DNA from: Candidatus Poribacteria bacterium
GTDB taxonomy: Bacteria; Poribacteria; WGA-4E; WGA-3G
Reading direction: 5' to 3'
Assembly: GCA_963663765.2 (NCBI GenBank)
Contig: CAXXUA010000006.1
Coordinates: forward strand, 192,001-256,000
Length of the DNA stretch: 64,000 bases
Shown here: positions 58,972-64,000 of the stretch, piece after piece
Numbering within the stretch: the first letter of the stretch is position 1
Layout: each line of letters opens with the position of its first letter
Position numbers and translations under genes: made by a program
The notes under the pieces: generated by a model
Databases searched by the model: none
What the model saw: only the letters and a program-made list of their open reading frames with translations
Told to the model about the DNA's origin: nothing

Positions 58972-59034
58972 TTCATTCCTTATTTTAGTATTGCTAATCA
59001 GAGTTAACTTGTTAATAGTAAGTAAATAGTATTA

Positions 59035-59131
59035 CGACCTATCTCATAAATGGTAGGAGAGGTTTCTAACCCCAATTTAACAGACACATGAACCTGTGAT
59101 TTTGAACAAAATCGCATTTATGAGATACACA
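59035..59131. mobile_element. IS5-derived MITE copy
   Basis: CCTATCTCATAAAT...ATTTATGAGATAC, TA flanks, interior similar to the 37293 copy. Confidence 0.8.
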
Positions 59132-59230
59132 GTAGTTTTAGTAAGTAAAGGTTTATATTAATTTATGACATAATTATGTAATTAAAGTTCGTAACTCCAA
59201 TTTTATTTTATTTTATTTTGCTGCTAAATT

Positions 59231-59755
59231 CTATTCTTGAACAATTTTTAGTAATATTTCATTTGTTTCTGTGAGTATTTGTGTGTCAGTCTTAATTCCA
59301 GAAGAACCAACAGAGACAACCTCACTAATTGCTGTCACGACAAGTTGGAGAACTTCAACTTGGGTATTTTCTTCTCCTAAAGTACTGGGTGCAGTCCAAG
59401 AAACAGAATAATCTTTTGTGGAAGAAAGAGTTCCATATTCTGTTATATTGAGCCAATTTAACACGATGTCCGATGCATTTACTCCCTGAACCGATGCTGT
59501 TAACTCTATCTGTTCTCCCGGTGTTACAGTTGTTTTTGTAACGGTTATTGTAACATCAAGATCACCGGCTTGTTCCTCATCCTCTGTTGTTACTACTTCA
59601 ATAACTGAATCATCACCATTCTCCATTTCATCATCCATCACATCTGCATCTGATACAGTGTCTGTCACACTGCTTCCACCACAACTCAAACTGCTAAGAA
59701 CAAGACATACAATTAACAACACATTAAACAATACAAGACAACGACTAACTAACAT
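59231..59755 (-). CDS. Hypothetical lipoprotein with an Ig-like segment
   Basis: Signal peptide ending LSC; acidic linker; beta-rich WTAP motif. Confidence 0.7.
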   Translation of the reverse strand: MLVSRCLVLFNVLLIVCLVLSSLSCGGSSVTDTVSDADVMDDEMENGDDSVIEVVTTEDEEQAGDLDVTITVTKTTVTPGEQIELTASVQGVNASDIVLNWLNITEYGTLSSTKDYSVSWTAPSTLGEENTQVEVLQLVVTAISEVVSVGSSGIKTDTQILTETNEILLKIVQE

Positions 59756-60003
59756 AACTCCACCCTAATTTTATAATATTCCTATAACAATCATAAAATG
59801 ATAACTTGATTCTATCCATCTATATAAAATAAGCATAAAAAGCATTTAAAAAATGCTGACACATTATACAGAATTTTGCATCTATGTAAAACCTTAATAC
59901 AACGATACGTTATAAAATACGAATGAATCAGTAATATAGTTACATGAATAGGTGAGTTTGCTAAAATAATTTTAGCAGAGATGGTCATCCCTGCTAAAGT
60001 GTA

Positions 60004-60783
60004 TTATCTTGCAGTACTCTCTAACTGCTCTCGTAAGAATGCAAGTAAGTCAGCAATATCTTGATCACTCAGGATATCCGAGGCATAAAAAGGCATAAGT
60101 ATGGGACCTCCACCTCGAATCGTCTTTGCCCAACGAATTACTGTTTTATCAACATCCCGTGGTAATCTTGTACCAACGATCCGTGGTCCGATACCAGCTT
60201 TGAAGGGTGTGGTATGACAAACGATGCATGCACGACCAAAGAGTTTCCAACCTTTCTTAGAATCTCCACTCATCGCAGCAATTTTCTCGGATGCAGTTGT
60301 TTTTGCTTCCTCATCAAGCATTTCCATTGTAAATTCAGGACCTTTGTTGTCACCTGAGATAACTTCAAAATATGCCATGAGCGCTTCTGCATGTTCAGCT
60401 GGAATAGCAGTTGGGTTAACTTTGTCGGGAGCGACCTTTTGTAAGAAATGTTCGTAGCAGAATCCACCGCCACCAGCGGCACGCGCAAAGTCTGCACCAG
60501 TAATCATCCCACCTTTTGCTTCACCACGTTGTGTCACACCTATGACACTATGTCCTGCACGAATTAAACCATCTGGATTTGCTTCCTCGTCAAAATCCGC
60601 GTGACAGTCAGCACAAGCAAGACCACTCACTCTTTTGGGGCTTAAAGTCCCCTTAAAAGTCGGGTCGTGGAATAACTCTCGCCCCAGTTGTGCTTTGTCA
60701 GGCAGCTTTTGCGCTTGTGTAAAATATACCAACACTGCTACCAATATTACACCAATTGTAAGCGAAACGATTTTACGCATCAA
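60004..60783 (-). CDS. Exported diheme c-type cytochrome
   Basis: Signal peptide; CADCH and CIVCH motifs. Confidence 0.88.
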   Translation of the reverse strand: MMRKIVSLTIGVILVAVLVYFTQAQKLPDKAQLGRELFHDPTFKGTLSPKRVSGLACADCHADFDEEANPDGLIRAGHSVIGVTQRGEAKGGMITGADFARAAGGGGFCYEHFLQKVAPDKVNPTAIPAEHAEALMAYFEVISGDNKGPEFTMEMLDEEAKTTASEKIAAMSGDSKKGWKLFGRACIVCHTTPFKAGIGPRIVGTRLPRDVDKTVIRWAKTIRGGGPILMPFYASDILSDQDIADLLAFLREQLESTAR

Positions 60784-61004
60784 AAATCTCCTTTATACAA
60801 GTAAAAATCTATTCATTTAAATATTTTAACAATTCTAACTTAATTAGTCAAGATAATTTATACCATTATTCCTGCAATACCATTATTTGACAGAATATTA
60901 TGAAATTCGTTTATTTCATAACAAATAAATTGTCCCCACTAAAGTACACACCGTTGAATAATGAAAAAAATGCTAAAAGAAATGTTTTGTATGGATTAGA
61001 TAAA

Positions 61005-61841
61005 TCATGACCAGACAAAGACCTCATTATCATCAGGAGAATATCCGACGAATACAGCTAAGACAATTCTGGCACGTGTTCCTTTGACAGGTGGAACTTC
61101 GTGTATACAACGAGTATTGAAAAAATACAGATCCCCTTGTTCTAAATTGACTTGACAATTTTCAATGTTATTCTCGCTGGCATATTTATCAAATGTTACA
61201 GCCTCAATGAACGGTTGCACCTCTTCCGTCCATAGACATCTATGAAGTATAGCCTGTGTACCATCACCAGATTCATCTGCATTTTGCATACACAACACAC
61301 CCGCGAATTGGTGTTCAAAGCGATACACCGCATAGTCTGTGCGATTCTCACGGTATTTTACGCTATCAATATGTGGTTTGTAGCTATGTGTTTCATAATG
61401 AACTCTGAATATCGCAGGACCATATTTCTTGCTATCAGGTTCTTGTGCAACCCTTACCTCTTTACCAGGAGCAAGCGCAGCAAGGGAATGATATATTAAG
61501 TTTATTGGATTCTCATACCCATCAAATAGGAATTGGAAGAGATGATGTGTTGCTTCGGCATGTGCGAAAAAACCCTCTCTATCACTCCCACGATTACCAA
61601 GACTTGTCCCAATATCAATCCTTTTTCGCTTGTCAGCGGAATTAATATCTGCTTCATCACGCATCAAACCCATATTTGTGAACCGGTTGATTAATCCATC
61701 ACACTGTTCACGAGGATAAGCATTTCGCAGAATTATAGCAGGTATCTCCACTTGCGAAAGTGTGTAAATTGGGTTACTATAGGTATCACAAACCGTTTTG
61801 AGATCAGGTTCCGTTGGTAACCAGTCATTTCTTTTGTGCAT
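61005..61841 (-). CDS. 2OG-Fe(II) oxygenase superfamily protein
   Basis: PHID (HxD), GDLYFFN..IHEV, downstream Arg. Confidence 0.75.
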   Translation of the reverse strand: MHKRNDWLPTEPDLKTVCDTYSNPIYTLSQVEIPAIILRNAYPREQCDGLINRFTNMGLMRDEADINSADKRKRIDIGTSLGNRGSDREGFFAHAEATHHLFQFLFDGYENPINLIYHSLAALAPGKEVRVAQEPDSKKYGPAIFRVHYETHSYKPHIDSVKYRENRTDYAVYRFEHQFAGVLCMQNADESGDGTQAILHRCLWTEEVQPFIEAVTFDKYASENNIENCQVNLEQGDLYFFNTRCIHEVPPVKGTRARIVLAVFVGYSPDDNEVFVWS

Positions 61842-61915
61842 AGTTCACTCACAACCTTGGTAAAGTCATCCTCATCAAATTCTGAAGTCTTATATGTTTG
61901 TAGCGTATGATATAT

Positions 61916-62740
61916 TCAAAATTTTGGATTGAATAGATAATCATTGAGTTTATCTGAGACAAATTCTGCATTATGATCAAGTTCACTGTTTTCAAAGGCT
62001 GCTTCACAACCTGTTTGATACTTCAAACGTCTTCTGCTTCGAAGCCAATGTATACGATGTATCATAGCTATCATGTGTCGTGGTTCGTTGGATAGATTTG
62101 GGACACCTCTATGCCACAAACGTATATCCCGAATCATTGCACTACCTTTTTTAGCATTTCCCCTGATAGGTGGGGCGATTTCGCGTCGTTTCGCTTCAAT
62201 ATTGGCATCAATGTCTGTACCACCGAATACCAAATGGGAACCGGGCCAAAGTTCAACGCTGCCATTTTTCTCTGTTGTGTCTTGTGGGGATATATTTACT
62301 ACGACTTCAGCAGCTGGGTGTGCTACCTCCTGATTATTCCACAAATGACCACCATCTCTATGAAGCGGTTGAGTCATACTTCCCGGACAATTGGTGTTCC
62401 CGTTGTAAAAATTATTGTATACACCAGGTCCAAGTAAAGCCTTTGTTACCTGCACTACAAAAGGATTTGCAACAATATCACTAAAGATGTATGGTGCAAA
62501 CGGTGGTGGTCCCTGTTGAAGATGTCCCTTTAACATGCCAGCACCACCCCAATGCTTAGACTTCAACAACAATTGAGAATCTGCATCCATCTTTTCTCGC
62601 AGTATATCAAGACTTTTGTGATTGATAATGTTCTCAATAATAACATAGCCTGCAACTTTAATAGCATCAACCGCTTGCTTGACCCGTTTTTCTGTTAGTA
62701 GACTTGAGGAAATTTCCTTAGGCTGAACTGTTATCACCAT
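61916..62740 (-). CDS. Phytanoyl-CoA dioxygenase (PhyH) family protein (start re-called to MVITVQ)
   Basis: QPLHRD, NGSVELWPGSH, RLWHRGVPN.S..PR. Confidence 0.88.
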   Translation of the reverse strand: MVITVQPKEISSSLLTEKRVKQAVDAIKVAGYVIIENIINHKSLDILREKMDADSQLLLKSKHWGGAGMLKGHLQQGPPPFAPYIFSDIVANPFVVQVTKALLGPGVYNNFYNGNTNCPGSMTQPLHRDGGHLWNNQEVAHPAAEVVVNISPQDTTEKNGSVELWPGSHLVFGGTDIDANIEAKRREIAPPIRGNAKKGSAMIRDIRLWHRGVPNLSNEPRHMIAMIHRIHWLRSRRRLKYQTGCEAAFENSELDHNAEFVSDKLNDYLFNPKF

Positions 62741-64000
62741 TGAAGAATTCCTTATACAGCGCTCTAACCGCAGTGGCCATGTCAACAGATTTCACTCCAA
62801 ACATCATACTCACCTCATTTGAACCTTGGTTTATAATCTCTATATTGACTTTAGAATCTGCTAATGCGGTTGTTGCTCGTGAAGCAATACCCACCGTGTG
62901 CTGCATGCCTTCACCAACGACCATTATGAGACTTAACCCACGTTCAACTGATATATCCTCAGGCGCAAGGGTTTTACGTATCTGTTCGACTACTCTTTTC
63001 TCTTTATTCGTTGGTAAGTTCTCTTCACGTATGATAACAGATAGATTGTCTATACCTGACGGGATGTGTTCAAAGGAGATATTCTCACTTTCAAAAATCT
63101 GTAATAAACGTCTACCGAAACCAATCTGTCTATTCATCAGATATTTACTTAGATAAATACAGCACACATGACCCATCGCAGCGATACCTACAACAGGAGT
63201 TTCTCTTGAATTGCAGTGAGGAACAATCAATGTACCTGCAGACTTCGGATTGTTTGTATTGCGAATGTGAACAGGTACCATAGCACGATATACCGGTTCA
63301 AGTGCTTCATCATGAAACACTGAAAAACCTGCATAAGAGAGTTCACGCATTTCACGGTAAGTAAGTTCTGAGATTGGAGCAGGATTGGTTACAATGGATG
63401 GGTTTGCAGCAAATACTGAATCAACATCAGTGAAATTTTCATAAACTTCTGCTCTTACAGCACCTGCAAGGATAGCACCAGTTATGTCAGAACCACCACG
63501 TGAAAATGTTACAATGTGACCCTCTTTTGAATATCCAAAGAATCCTGGAAAAATCGTTATTCCTGGTCGTTCACTCAGACTGCGCAGACGGTTGTATGCT
63601 TCAGGAAGCACTTGTGCATTCCCCGGTTCATCAGAGAGAAGCAAGCCAGCATCCTTTGGGTTCACATAGTGTGCATCAACATCACGGGCTTGCAATACTT
63701 GCGCTATTAAACGGGCACAATTATCTTCTCCACCCGCTTTCATCGTATCCATATAGAGATCAGCATCATCTGTGTCGTTTTCAAGACGTTCAGTTAAATC
63801 TCGGGCTATCGGTTCAGCGACTTCAGCGGGGAGCTTCAATTCTTTTACGATATTCCTGTAACGTTCAATAGCCTCAGCGCAGTCGGATGCACCGATTTTT
63901 CCAGCGAGTCTTTCTGATGCCGCTGCAATCAGTAGATCCGTCACCTTAATATCTTGACTGTGTCGTTTTCCCGGCGCTGATACGACAATTAAACGTCTGT
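62718..64000 (-). CDS. lysC: Aspartate kinase (5' end beyond window)
   Basis: VVSAPGKR..KVTD, TFSRGGSDITGA, YENFTDVD, ELTYREMRELSYAG, two ACT domains. Confidence 0.95.
   Translation of the reverse strand, partial: RRLIVVSAPGKRHSQDIKVTDLLIAAASERLAGKIGASDCAEAIERYRNIVKELKLPAEVAEPIARDLTERLENDTDDADLYMDTMKAGGEDNCARLIAQVLQARDVDAHYVNPKDAGLLLSDEPGNAQVLPEAYNRLRSLSERPGITIFPGFFGYSKEGHIVTFSRGGSDITGAILAGAVRAEVYENFTDVDSVFAANPSIVTNPAPISELTYREMRELSYAGFSVFHDEALEPVYRAMVPVHIRNTNNPKSAGTLIVPHCNSRETPVVGIAAMGHVCCIYLSKYLMNRQIGFGRRLLQIFESENISFEHIPSGIDNLSVIIREENLPTNKEKRVVEQIRKTLAPEDISVERGLSLIMVVGEGMQHTVGIASRATTALADSKVNIEIINQGSNEVSMMFGVKSVDMATAVRALYKEFFNGDNSSA

Overview
Bacterial genomic window (~42% GC). The gene content (PhyH-type dioxygenases, Gfo/Idh/MocA oxidoreductases, sulfatase-like enzymes, dense small repeats) resembles sponge-symbiont Poribacteria, but that is inference only. 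Bases 1-21 kb hold a type III-D-like CRISPR-Cas locus. The minus-strand operon runs csx1-like effector (CARF-HEPN plus a second C-terminal CARF/ring-nuclease-like domain), HD-less GGDD-intact cas10, cas7, csx10, two tandem Cas11-like small proteins, cas7, cas7, csx19, cas7 and a decayed cas6. An intact IS630 interrupts the effector gene near its 5' end and separates the operon from its predicted promoter. Divergent cas6-cas2 follow, then cas1 between two inverted arrays (31 and 33 repeats) with homologous leaders. A third array with the same repeat family runs off the left edge. Bases 21-39 kb are accessory metabolic genes interleaved with several MITE families, most carrying REP-like hairpins and some nested, plus an IS5 and decayed transposase and ATPase genes. 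Bases 39-64 kb are mostly housekeeping: accD, topA, ftsEX (FtsE with degenerate catalytic motifs), non-canonical polX, gmhB and a heptose kinase, tRNA-Leu and tRNA-fMet, oxidoreductases, a putative beta-barrel/lytic transglycosylase fusion, LysM-M23, cytochrome c, dioxygenases and a partial aspartokinase. All calls come from reading motifs by eye; no database searches were run.
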